A DNA stretch of 41,799 nt, from NCBI GenBank assembly GCA_002269645.1, contig NIVC01004568.1, positions 1 through 41,799 of the forward strand, read 5' to 3'. This DNA comes from Macrostomum lignano (taxonomy: Eukaryota). The notes beneath the pieces were generated by a model. The model was not told where the DNA came from. It searched no databases and saw nothing but the letters and a program-made list of their open reading frames with translations. Shown piece by piece: positions 1-10,935 of the stretch. The translations under genes and the position numbers were made by a program. The first letter of the stretch is position 1; each line of letters starts with the position of its first letter.

Positions 1-1374
1 CGCAGCCGTCTTCCACGCTTAGTTCTAGTCGACGACGAAAGTAGGGCTCGAGCCGCGGCGGAACCGACTCTGGCCAGCCAGTCATTATCATCCGGAGAAC
101 ATCTCGGAGCTCGTCATCCCGCTTCGTTGCTGCCGCTACATCCGCCGCCGTCAATGGAAACTCGCCCGTCAGCTGACAGACCCGATCGTCGTCGTCTGGG
201 CTGTCGTCCTTCATCTGCAGGGGCAAGCGAGACAGGCCGTCTGCGTTGCTGTGCTGAGCAGTCTTGCGGAACCGGATGCTGTAGCTGTACCCTGACAGCA
301 GCAGTGCCCATCTCTGAAGTCGCCCTGCTGCAGTCGGCGAGATGCCAACCTTCGGTCCGAAAATCGTCGTCAACGGCTGATGATCCGTAATTATCGTGAA
401 GCTCCGGCCGAACAGGTACTGGTGGAACCGCTTGATGGCGAACACGATGGCGAGGGCTTCTTTCTCAATTTGCGAGTAATTTCGCTCCGCTGCTGACAGC
501 GTCCTTGAAGCAAAAGTCACCGGCCGTTCCGAGCCGTCCTCCATCGTGTGGGACAGCACCGCGCCGATGCCGACCGATGAAGCATCCGCGGCCACCACCA
601 CTGGAAGCTGCTCGTTGAAATGCGTCAGCACGCTGTCCGAACTCAGTTCTTGCTTAAGATGGTCCCAGGCTCGGTCCTCCGTCTCAGCCCACCGCCAGTC
701 CGTCTCCTTCCTCAACAGTTGATACAGAGGAGCAGCGATCGCGGAGAAGTCCTTGACATGTCGAGCATAGTAATTTGCGAGGCCCAAGAATGATCGCAGC
801 TCTGATACTGTCGCTGGCTTCGGGCTGTTGACTATTGCTTCCACCTTCTGAGGCAGCTTCTTGACTCCGTCCTTGCTCAGCAACGAGCCCAGGTATTCGA
901 CTTCTTCTTGCAGAAATTTGCACTTGATTCGCTTCAGCCGCAAGCCCGCCGCTCTCAGCCTGGTCAGTACCTCTCGAAGCGCTGCTAGGTGCTCACTCAT
1001 TGACGGACCGGAGACCAGGATGTCGTCAATGCGACAACAGACTCCCGGCACGCCCTTCAAAAGTGTTTCCATCAGCCTCTGGCAAATCGCAGGAGCCGAA
1101 CTGACGCCAAATGGCAACCGGAGGTACTCGAAAAGCCCTTTATGCGTGTTGATGGTCGTCAGCTTGCAGCTCTCTTCGTCGAGTGGAAACTGAAGATAAC
1201 ATTGTGACAGATCGAGTTTTGAGAACAGCTGACCCCGTCCCATCTGCTCGTAAAGCTCTTCAGGCGTAGGCAGCGGGTACTGGTCGATGTGGAGCTGAGG
1301 GTTCAACGTCAGTTTATAGTCGCCGCACAGTCGGACTGAGCCGTCCGCCTTGAGTACCGGAACCACAACCACTG
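1..1374 (-). mobile_element. Ty3/Gypsy (K02A2.6-like) pol fragment: RT + RNase H, open frame running off the window edge
   Basis: Manual translation of the - strand gives about 456 codons without a stop: VPVLKADGSVRLCGDYK...SKLDLSQCYLQ...YLRLPFGVSSAP...CRIDDILV...LRSFLGLANYY...ADASSVGIGAVL...YSQIEKEALAIVFAIKRFHQYLFGR...TDHQPL...RLQRWAL...NADGLSRLP. It is absent from the ORF track because there is no stop inside the window. The upstream (gag/protease) part is missing at the junction with the repeat at 1375. Confidence 0.97.
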
Positions 1375-1980
1375 GCTTGGCGAATCTAAGGTGCACAGAA
1401 GTACATCTCTAGCGCCGATACTGCACTATTGGCAACCTTGCTAACTGATTTGATAGATTGATCAATTGAGAACTGCCTTGCCATTGGTCCACTATGACCG
1501 GCGCCTACTAGTTTAGCCACTCATCCGAGCCATCGGCGAACAAAGCAATAAAACTGATAAAAATAACTGCCAGATTTAACCTACTCTCTAAATCACTTCA
1601 CACCTCAGATTGAATTGGAGTAATCAGACTACTATCAGTATTGAATGATTTCCGCCTCGATAACAGCACTGCTGAACAAAATGAGCAAAAGTGTGCGCCT
1701 AATCCAGCTACTGAAACAGAGGACAGATAAGGAATCACCCAATCAAGCAAGTCTAGGTAGCCTCTCACCCAACCAATCAGAAACTCCACAGCCGGATTCC
1801 AGGTAATCCACAGTGACCGATTCGGCTTAGTGCTTCGCAGCAGTAGGTCCGGGATGATGCTGTCACAGCCTTCGCAAATAGCTAGCAGGTGTTGATCTTA
1901 TCCTTGATGATCGTTGCTGTTGACCAGGGGAAATTCGTCCTTGATGATGATGGGGGGTAGTCGCGATCCGGGGATCAAGA
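1375..1980 (-). repeat. Copy 0 of an unclassified modular (LTR-like) repeat, distal part, inverted
   Basis: Reverse complement of 2686-2897 and 3620-4105, e.g. GCTTGGCGAATCTAAGGTGCACAG at 1375 vs ...GTGCACTCTAGGTTCGCCAAGC ending at 4105. The copies are visibly diverged. Confidence 0.9.
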
Positions 1981-1983
1981 CAC

Positions 1984-2897
1984 TGATGAGGATGCACTTT
2001 TCGCAAATTCCACGCTAGCGCATGGGCTCTAAACTTGCTAGCCTACTAACAGCAGGTTATGGGCATTTTTCTCCTTTTTTCGTAATTTTTCTAGAATTCA
2101 TACTAGTAGGACTTTTGTAGCTATATGAATCTGCCATACTTGTAGTTATAATAACATAGGCGCGGTTTTTTGCTACCTTTGGGGTCATAAATCATTGCTT
2201 TTGAGCTGGTCTGACAGCCACCTGCGCCTCACTCAGTGTTGAGACTGGCGCCAGATGGTCTGAGAGGATGTGAGCGGTAGCTTTTTTCTCATCATTTTGA
2301 CAGGCCATCAAAATTTATGAGGTCAGGGCCTATTGTTCGTGTTCACTCAAGCGTTTGACAGCTTTGACAGCTATGCGTTTTACCCCTAAAAGTACTTTGG
2401 GATTAGCGATTAGCAATTTCTCTTCATTATCTTCACTTTCTGCCTAATAAGAGCTTTCTAATGTATATTTTTTCATTATCTCATTTTAAGCTCATTTTAA
2501 CAAATCGGCTCAGCCAATCAGAATCGACGTGTTCCATTATAACAAACTGCGGTCCAGTTGGCGGCTATTTAAACCGGTGTTTTTGGCCCGCTCGCACTTC
2601 AACCTGCGGTTACCCTGGTACCGGTTCAACCACTGCAAACCCTTTCTGGAGACCGGCCAGGAACTTGCTCTATCTGACCGTCGTTTCTTGATCCCCGGAT
2701 TGCAACTCCCCCCCCCCACCATCATCAAGGACGAATTCCCCCGGTCATCAGCAGTGAACATCAAAGTCGAGAGCATCACCTGCTAGCTATCTGCGAAGGT
2801 TGTGACATCAGCATCATCCCGGGTCTACAGCTACGAAGCACTAAGCCGATTCGGTCACTGTGGATTACCCGGTCTCCAGCTGTTGAGTTTCTGATTG
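1984..2897 (+). repeat. Copy 1 of modular repeat (starts TGATGAGG; internal deletion; 3' truncated by copy 2)
   Basis: 1984-2470 is a direct repeat of 2898-3370, 2480-2570 repeats at 3536-3616, and 2686-2897 is an inverted match to about 1773-1980. Confidence 0.9.
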
Positions 2898-4105
2898 TGA
2901 TGAGGACGCACTTTTTTCCAAACCCCGCGCTAGCACATGGGCTCTAAACTTACTAGCCTACTAACAGTGGGCAATGGGCATTTTTATCCTTTTTCTGCGA
3001 ATTTTCATAGAATCTATACTAGATATAATGTCTGGTCATACTATGTAGTCATAATAACATAGGCGCAGCTTTTTGGGTCATAAATCATCGCTTTCGAAGC
3101 TGGTCTGACAGCCACCTGCGCCTCCCTCAGTGTTGAGGCGGGCGCCAGATGGTCTGAGAGGATGCGGGCGGTAGCTTTTTCTCATCATTTTGACAGGCCA
3201 TCAAGATTTATGAGGTCAGAGCCTATTGTTCGTGTTCACTCAAGCGTGTGACAGCTTTGACAGCTATGCGTTTTACCCCTAAAAGTACCTTGGGATTAGC
3301 GATTAGTGATTTCTCTTCATTATCTTCACTTTCTATTTAATAAGAGCTTTCTAATGTATATATTTTTTCATTAATTTCTGTCAATCCTACGCGAAAAGTC
3401 ATAAATCATTTTGTTGCGATTTTTATTGATTTTTGGCCGCACCTGTCATCTTTTTACGACCCTGTGGGAACTGATAGGATCTCCCGGTCACGTGATTCTG
3501 GGTGGCAACAAGCTTAGCCAATCAGAAAATTCGGCGCTCATTTTAACAAATCGGCTCAGCCAATCAGAATCGACGTGTTCCATTATAACAAACTGCGGTC
3601 CAGTTGGCGGCTATTTCCGTAGCATCATCCCGGGTCTACAGCTGCGAAGCACTAAGCCGATTCGGTCACTGTGGATTACCTGGTCTCCGGCTGTTGAGTT
3701 TCTGATTGGTTGGGTGAGAGGCTACCTAGACTTGCTTGATTGGGTGATTCCCTGTCTGTCCCCTGCTTCAGTAGCTGGATTAGGCGCACACTTTTGCTCT
3801 TTTGTTCAGTAGTGCTGTTGCTGAGGCAGAAGTCATTCAATAATACTGCTAGTAGTCTAAACTCCGATTCAATCTGAAGTGTGAAGTGATCTAAGGAGAA
3901 GGTTAAATCTAACAGTTATTTTTATCGGTTTATTTCTTTGTTCGCCGATGGCTCGGATGAGTGGCTAAGCTAGTAGGCGCCGGTCATAGTGGACCAATGG
4001 CAAGGCAGTTCTCAGTCGATCAATCCATCAAATCAGTTAGCAAAATTGCCAGTAGTGCAGTATCGGCGCCAGAGATGTATTTTGTGCACTCTAGGTTCGC
4101 CAAGC
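2898..4105 (+). repeat. Copy 2 of modular repeat (both termini present: TGATGAGG ... TTCGCCAAGC; internal deletion at about 3617)
   Basis: Direct match to copy 1 and inverted match to copies 0 and 3. No TSD is visible (left flank GATTG, right flank GGCTC). Confidence 0.9.
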
Positions 4106-4685
4106 GGCTCGGGTAATGAATCATGCGGTCTCTGAAGTTCGAGTTAGTCTATCATCAGCGCTATGAGAGGCTAGTTGGCGCGTTGAAGGCCAAAAATGCA
4201 ATTCTTCGTATTTAGCAATGTGATAGTACATGTAACTACCCCATAGTCTCGCAACTGCAAGAATCCCCTGCACAAGTCCCCTCTGTACCTGCATGGCCAA
4301 TGCGATCTAGTCCAGCAGTGTCCCTTATCATCGGCCATGACTTCGAGATAGACAGCAAAAAGACACTAGTTGGCAGGTAAGTGCAAAGCCCCTTCTAGTC
4401 GGAAGCCCGATTTCGAGAGTCCCGGTGTGGTGAGCCAGGATCCGTACGGGTTGGTGGCAGCGAGTTAGCTAACCTACGGGTTAACTAATTTCTACCTTCA
4501 AAATTCTCCCTGCTTGTCTCTCGCTGTCCCTCTCTTAGCTATAGAACCTAGACTGCTCGCCACAGATCAAGCTACCATGGGGCTGACCATCTGACAGGAG
4601 TGGGGGGCCAGGACTCTAATTGATTTATTTCTGAGACCTGACGCCCGAAGGCTTCCCCACAAGGGGGCCATAAGTTCGAAACCCA

Positions 4686-5292
4686 TCAACACGACGGTCG
4701 AGCTCCGGGAACTAGAAGTTGCGTGCTGGGTCCGAGCAGGTTGAGGTCCGAGCGGGCCGAGAACACTGGTTTATATAGCCGCCAACTGGACCGCAATTTG
4801 TTAGAATGAAACACCTCGACGCTGATTGGCTGAGCCGATTTGTTATAACTGACGTCGAATTTTCTGATTGGCTGAGCTTGTTGCCGCCTAAACTCACGTG
4901 ACCAGAAGATCCTATCAGTTCCCTCGGGGCCATAAAAATACGTACGCCAGGTGTTGTCGTAAATCACTCAAAATCATTGCATATGGCCTGTCAAAAATGA
5001 TGAGAAAAAAGCTACCGCCCGCATCCTCTCAGACCATCTGGCGCCCAGCCTCAACACTGAGTGAGCGCAGGTGGCTGTCAGACCAGCTCAAAAGCAATTA
5101 TTTATGACCCCAAAAGTAGCAAAAACTGCACCTATAGTATTATAACTACAAGTATGGCAAAATCATATAGCTAAAAAGATTATGAATTCTAGAAAAATTA
5201 CATAAAAAGGAGAAAAATACCCATGTTAGTAGGCTAGCAAGTTTGGAGCCCATGTGCGAGCGTGAAATTTGGAAAAAAGTGCGTCCTCATCA
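4686..5292 (-). repeat. Copy 3 of modular repeat (proximal part, inverted; ends CCTCATCA at 5292)
   Basis: Reverse complement of the TGATGAGG-initiated arm and the CCAAT/TATA module of copies 1 and 2. Confidence 0.88.
4770..4902 (-). promoter_or_regulatory. Pol II promoter-like module in the repeat: E-box GTCACGTGA, two CCAAT boxes, TATATAAA
   Basis: On the - strand: GTCACGTGA (4902-4894), CCAAT at 4871-4867 and 4829-4825 (42 bp apart), TATATAAA at 4777-4770. The homologous + strand copies have E-box 3487-3495 with CCAAT at 3518 and 3560 (TATA deleted), and CCAAT at 2514 with TATTTAAA at 2566. CCAAT-TATA spacing is 52 bp in both complete cases. Confidence 0.55.
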
Positions 5293-5488
5293 TTATACTT
5301 TAATACTTTTACACAAAATATCTATTAAACGAAGACGGTGACATCAATTAGTTATCATCAAAATGTGTAAGTTGCACGCATACTGTATGAATTCGCGTGA
5401 TATTACGGTTTTTTAATGCTTGCTAGCCCAGTTGCTTATTTTGCTAATGATGAGTATCTATACTCATTTACATGTACATACTATGGTT

Positions 5489-5775
5489 CGTGCAGCGTAC
5501 GCCGCGGGTGGCAGCGAGACGACCGACTCCCTGTACCAGCGAGCGCGCCTGAGACGGCCTTCTGTCCTGCTGAGTAAGCGGCGTCTGCAGCTTGCAGGGC
5601 ATGTCGAAGCCTAGCTACTGCCCAGAACCGCTACAGGACGTCCTACTGTGGACTCCCCAGGGACCACGCAGGCGCGTACAGGTACGATCTAGCGGCTCGC
5701 TACATCGACCGTCTTTTCGATGAAGACGGCGTGAAGCACGTCCAAGACCTTGCCCTGAAGCGCGCGATTTGACGC
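5489..5775 (+). mobile_element. Degenerate 3' fragment of an RTE-like non-LTR retrotransposon
   Basis: Translates across frame breaks to RAAYAAGGSETTDSLYQRARLRRPSVLLSKRRLQLAGHV...YCPEPLQDVLLWTPQGP.R......RYIDRLFD. This resembles the post-RT RRLxLAGH region of RTE-type LINE ORFs. Confidence 0.65.
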
Positions 5776-7051
5776 TCCCCCCCTTTGGCCACTTATGGTC
5801 CAGCCGTACAAATAACATTTGTTAAATATACGGCCGAGCCATCTGTAGACTGATGATGTAGTTACTGGGTTATATCGACGGCTCAGCCCTAAAAATACCC
5901 ACTGCCGAATTACATCACTGCAATATATATATATGCGTACTCGTACTAAATCTATAAGATCTGACCGGTATTTCGATCCGCAGCCTGAATGTCTGAACAG
6001 GCTTTTTTCAAACTTGCTTTATTTAAATGGAAATTCTTGTGAATAACTTTCTGTTATTTGTTTCTTGATTGTTTCATCCGTCGAAGTTTTTTGTCATTGT
6101 TATTCCAAGGTGGGATATGTTTGGGAATTAGGCTAGCTTATTGATTTTATTTGAACTGCGTGATTATAAGTGTTTATTATTCAGTTCGCTGTGTGCACTG
6201 ATCTAGCCCGATTAGTGTTTCACCCACCTCTTATATGTATACTCTGCATGGTTTGTTAGTCCGGTACTGACTGCAAATAAATGTCATCGTAATTGGGCAC
6301 GCCAGCCCTGCTTTCGGTTTGGTCTTCTCGTCTAGCTTGAGCCTCAGCTCCAAACAGTTTGGTCTCTTCATTTCTACAGTACAGGCACCACAAAGACGCG
6401 GCCCACCCCCACTGACCCACTCAGTGATCAGTTTCTGATCCAATTCGCCCATTTCGGTTTCTTTGGGAACGTGTTGAAATTATTGCTGGGCGCAAACCGA
6501 ATGGCTATGAGCGCTCTGTGACTGATGACTGTGACGTCAGAACTGATCGCTAAGCGTTAAACTATGCTTGATCAAGCCTATTATGGCAGCTGAATGTAGC
6601 GATCAAATTGGTGTCGGTGCTGCGCACGAGTGCTTGTTGGCATCAACGTTAAGTATTAGAGTTGACAAAAAGCAACAAAAATCATTAAAGCTTAAATTTA
6701 ATAATAAAAACGGATTGCAATAAATTATTACAGCATATTATTTTATATAGACTAGAAGATAGCAAATAATAATACGAACAAAACACTGTATTTTGCATTC
6801 AGTATAAAATATTGCTAATCAAACCCAGCACACAAACTGCATAAAATTTAAAAATACTCGTAGAAGCTGGTGTGTAAAATACTAGATAATGTCCAATAAG
6901 AACGGAGCAAGTAGGCAATAAGCAATTGAACTAATTAAAAAGATTCCTAGTAAAACAAGCTCACTAAAAATTTTACTACTGTAGACTAGTCAACAGCTAA
7001 AATTGCTATAGGCTAGTGAAACATTTACTGGTTAAAAAATTATTTCTCCAT

Positions 7052-8299
7052 TCACTCACAGTTCGAGCAGACTTCGGATGCAGCAGCTCCGGTCAGCTTT
7101 GCCCGCCACTTACGGCAGCGGTGCAGGCAGTAGCGGCACATCTGGCAGAAGAACACGGCGCCCAGTAGCCACATGACGGCCGCACCCAGACGGCCCAGCA
7201 GATCGGTGCGCGGGTTCAACCAGTAGGACACTGCCAGGCAGCTACCCAGACAGAGCCGCAGGATGCCGAATGTACTGAAGAAGGCGAGCTCAACTGCCAG
7301 TAGCTGCCATGTATGCGACTGGCCCCGCTCCCGCATGAACCAGCGCAGCTGCAGGAGCGGGTTGGTCAGCTCTGAGCCTCCAACAGTGGCTGCCAGCTCT
7401 GGACCCCATTTTCCTGCAGCCAGAGCCACTGAGAGACCAAGAATGCTGGCGCAGTGATGGAACAACATTACCAGGCCTTCAGTGTCGAAGTACAGACACC
7501 AGAGCAGGTCGAACAGAAAGTAGCCAAGGCATGCAATAAAGAGGACTCTTTCGAGTAGCGTTTGGGCCAAACCTATAATGTATATAATGTAAACATTATA
7601 GGCAAAATAAGTCTGCAATCTAGGACACAATGCACTTCTCAACTTTTCCCTATGCTGTTAATTTATATTTTAAGTTAGGAATTTCCTCAGCGTTCCTTGC
7701 CTTGAAATTTTCTCAGACCTTCATCCCCCGTATTCCAAACCTTTAGTGTATGCCACTGCCGCGTCTGAAGACATTCAGTAGGTGCTCATTCATGTATGGG
7801 GGCAAACTTGGACTTACCTAGCTGTTTGAACTGGCAACTACTGGTGACTGGTGATTTTGTACTGGTGAGTAGCTATCGGATGAGAGCAGTCCCTTAACTG
7901 CTCCGTCCAATAGCGACCTAAATGTGAATCTGAGCTTCAGTATTTCAGAGGGTTTCGCTTCCAACTACTTACAGTAGGTGCCCCTCCCTAGTCTTACTAC
8001 CAAACAGTTAAGCAAGACGCACCTTGATACTTGTGATAAAACGCGTTTCTCCCTGTCACAAAGGTGTCAAACAAGGCTAGCCCTGAGACCAGGAAGGCGT
8101 GGGCCACAGTCACTAGACGGCAGTGCCACTCGTACCTGTGCTTTGGCAGGGAGTAGCACAGGAACATGTAAACTGAACACCACAGCAGGAACGCTCCCAG
8201 CACCTGCACAATCAGCCAACTGTACTGCACAGAGCAGCGGTCGCCATGGAAACTGGCAAGGGTTTCCCTAAAAAGCCAGGCAACTAAAGCACTAGCCAT
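7052..8299 (-). CDS. TLCD5: TLC-domain membrane protein, TMEM136/TLCD5-like; 2 exons (8299-8023, 7572-7052), 265 aa
   Basis: Exon 1 MASALVAW...EWHCRLVTVAHA...HKYQ/G has donor CAAG|GTGCGT. Acceptor TTATAG|GT leads to GLAQTLLERVLFIACLGYFLFDLLWCLYFDTEGLVMLFHH...GSELTNPLLQLRWF...stop. The phase-1 intron joins cleanly (277+521 nt). The EWxCRLV, LGYFxFDLxWC, EGxxMLxHH and GSELTNPLLQxRWF motifs match TMEM136 as I recall it. Confidence 0.93.
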
Positions 8300-9329
8300 C
8301 CAAGAAGATGGGTGACGTTTTGCCGAGCTGAAATATGTGAATTACAACGAGAAGATATTAAAGGTAGGGAGGGGCTATGTGCACCATGGTACACCTTAAG
8401 CAACATTGTCACATAATCACCAGCAGCACAGCAAGAGACATTACTGCCCATTCTGCCAACCCACCTGAGCAGGCACACAAGCACATGCATATAGATACAT
8501 ATGCAGTCATACGCATAGGCACATAGGAATTGAGCCTGGGCTGCTGACGCATCAGCTGCTGCTTTTTCTAGAAATTCTGCTGGCATTGGCCACTAGGCTA
8601 CATCCCCCAATGGCACAAGCATACTTTAGCATGCTATGTACTCTACGATTTGCTTCTATTAAATTAAATGTTTGCTTATAAAAAGTACTCTCCTTCATTG
8701 AACTGAACACTGTTTGGTATTCAGTTGATTATAGTCTCTGCACCATAGACTATGGAAAATTTGAGACAAAATTTCATTTATTGATTCCCTAAAAATGTGT
8801 TGTTACTTTGGAAAAGTTTTTTATAATGACATAAAACTAATAATATTGTTACTGTAAGAAAAGTCTAGTATAGAAAACAGATGAAAAGAGAGTAATATGA
8901 CTCCTCCAATGGATACAATTGAAAAAGCCAATATAGTACTATACATTGTAGGCTGTACCTATAAAAATATTCCACATATATTAATAGTTTCCAAAACTGC
9001 CTAAGTATCTATTTTCTGAAATATCAGCCCCTTATTCTTTCAATACAAAACTTTTATAGATTGCCTTTCACTAAGTACACTATCCATAGCAAACAACAAA
9101 ATATTTACAAAGATAGAGTTCCTATTTTTGCCAAAATGGTAAAGTGTATGCAGATTAGCAAATTTGATGCATTGATCATTGAAATAGCTTTATAGAATAG
9201 ACCTCTAGTGTGATGTTGCCAGTCATCGATTTTAGAGCTATAAGGGCTGCATGCATGTACATTGCCCTTCTATTTAATCTTTTGCTGCCTACGTGCACAC
9301 TCAGCATGCACTTCTCAGCATGCAATGAG

Positions 9330-10935
9330 GGCTGGTCGGCTCTGGATCGGTACAGCTGCAACTCTGGCACGGTCCGCTCAGGCCAGTTGCCGACCTCCGT
9401 GAAGCGCAGCGCCTTCGACAGGATCGGGTCTAGGCTCGAATGTCGCCGGCGGTCACTGGCCCTTCGCCCAGCATGTCCATGACCAGGACAATAATGTCCG
9501 CAGGTGTTGGAGCCTTCGTCGGTCTTTCAGGTAGTGGCAGTCGGCTCAGTGCCTCCGCACACAGGGTAGTGATTTGCCAGATCGGTGTTCCATCGAGTAG
9601 CTATAGCCCGCCAGGATGAGCGCCCACCTCTGAATTCTTACGGACGCCATGGCGGGAATCGGCTTAGACTCATGCAGGAGTCCTAGCAATGGCTTGTGGT
9701 CGCTAACGAGGGTGAATTTCCGGCCGTAAAGGTAGGAGTGAAATCGTTTTACCCCGAAAACGATCGCCAGAGCTTCTTTGTCCAGCTGAGAGTACTTCGC
9801 CTCGGCATCGTGCAGGAACGCGAAGCGAAAGCGATCGGCCGATCGCAACCGTCAATCCGATGACTGATAACGGCGCCGATGCCGTACGGAGAGGCGTCGC
9901 ACTCCAGCACCAGCGTGCCAGCTTTGCAAAAAGCTCCTCGATTCGCGGCAAGGGGTACATATCCGGCTCCACGGCGAGGTTGACGGTCTGCTTAAAGTCG
10001 GCACAGATGCGCACGGTGCCTTCTGACTTCAGAACGGAAACAATCGGCGATACATAATCTGAGCTGCTGACTGGTTTGAGTACGCCCTGCTTAATCTCCT
10101 TTTCGAGTTGAGCCTCCACCTTAGCCTTAAGCGCAAATGGAACGTTGCGAGCTTTGAATAAACGAGGCTTGGCATCAGGCTTCAAATGTAGTTGCACGGG
10201 TGGACCGTTGTTCTGACCCAGTCCGGGCTCGAAAACAGCTGCATACTTTTCCAGCAAGGCTCGGATTCTGGGGTGCTCACCATCTTTTTGCACCTGCTTG
10301 ATGCTTCTCCAGTCAAGCGGCAAGTCGGCCAGCCAGTCCCGGCCGATCAGATTCGATCCGGAGTCCTTGACGACGAGTAGCGGGAGCTCCTTGGAGATCT
10401 CCGATACGCACGCAGACGTTGATTTGGCGAGGTAGAGGAACCGGCTCCCCTGAATACGTACGAGCGTACGTAGCTGTGCGTTAGACGGCTCCAGCTTAAG
10501 CAGCCCACGGAGCTCAGAGCAAAAAGTATCCGATGAGATAAGCGAGACGGATGCACCAGTGTCAATCTCCATTCGAACAGGCGTCTCCTCGATGATGATA
10601 GTCGTCTCAATCGCATGCAGCGTATCGCATGCACATGCAGCGTATGTGCCTCCTCTTGGTCTACTTCCACCTCTCTAATGGCCTGGTCCGTGCGACGATT
10701 GGCAGCTGCTGGCGACTTGCAGGCCGCAGCTGTGTGGCCCACCTTCGAGCTCAGTCGAAACACTTCTTTTCCAGAAAGGGACACTTGCTTGCCACGTCGC
10801 TGGAAGAGGCATCTGAAACAGCGCTTTGATTGATCAGGAAGGCCTCTTGGCTAGCGGATTTCTTCACAAGCGAGTTGCCTTCAGCAGCCAATGCCTGAGC
10901 CTGTGCCAGGGTCAATGCAATGTCAAGCGTCAAAT
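9330..10935 (-). mobile_element. Degenerate Ty3/Gypsy fragment: gag zinc knuckle, protease, RT N-terminus, internal deletion, RNase H
   Basis: Contains KVGHTAAAC (knuckle), MEIDTGASVSLIS and GSNLIGRDWL (protease), and ARNVPFALK...VRICADFK...YPLPRIEELFAKL (RT start), fused at about 9917 to LVLECDASPYGIGAV...YSQLDKEALAIVFGVKRFHSYLYGR (RNase H). Multiple frameshifts. Confidence 0.93.

Noticed and set aside
1983-2012. CTGATGAG hammerhead-like core at the repeat terminus (Penelope/retrozyme idea)
   Set aside because: No stem II followed by GAAA, and the initial C is absent in the other two copies (flank-derived).
6518-6545. CTGATGACTGTGACGTCAGAAC hammerhead-like motif
   Set aside because: It has GAAC rather than GAAA and the stem register does not fit.
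8284-8586. 100-aa - strand ORF upstream of TLCD5
   Set aside because: No recognisable domain and out of frame with TLCD5; it overlaps the probable 5' UTR, intron or outron.
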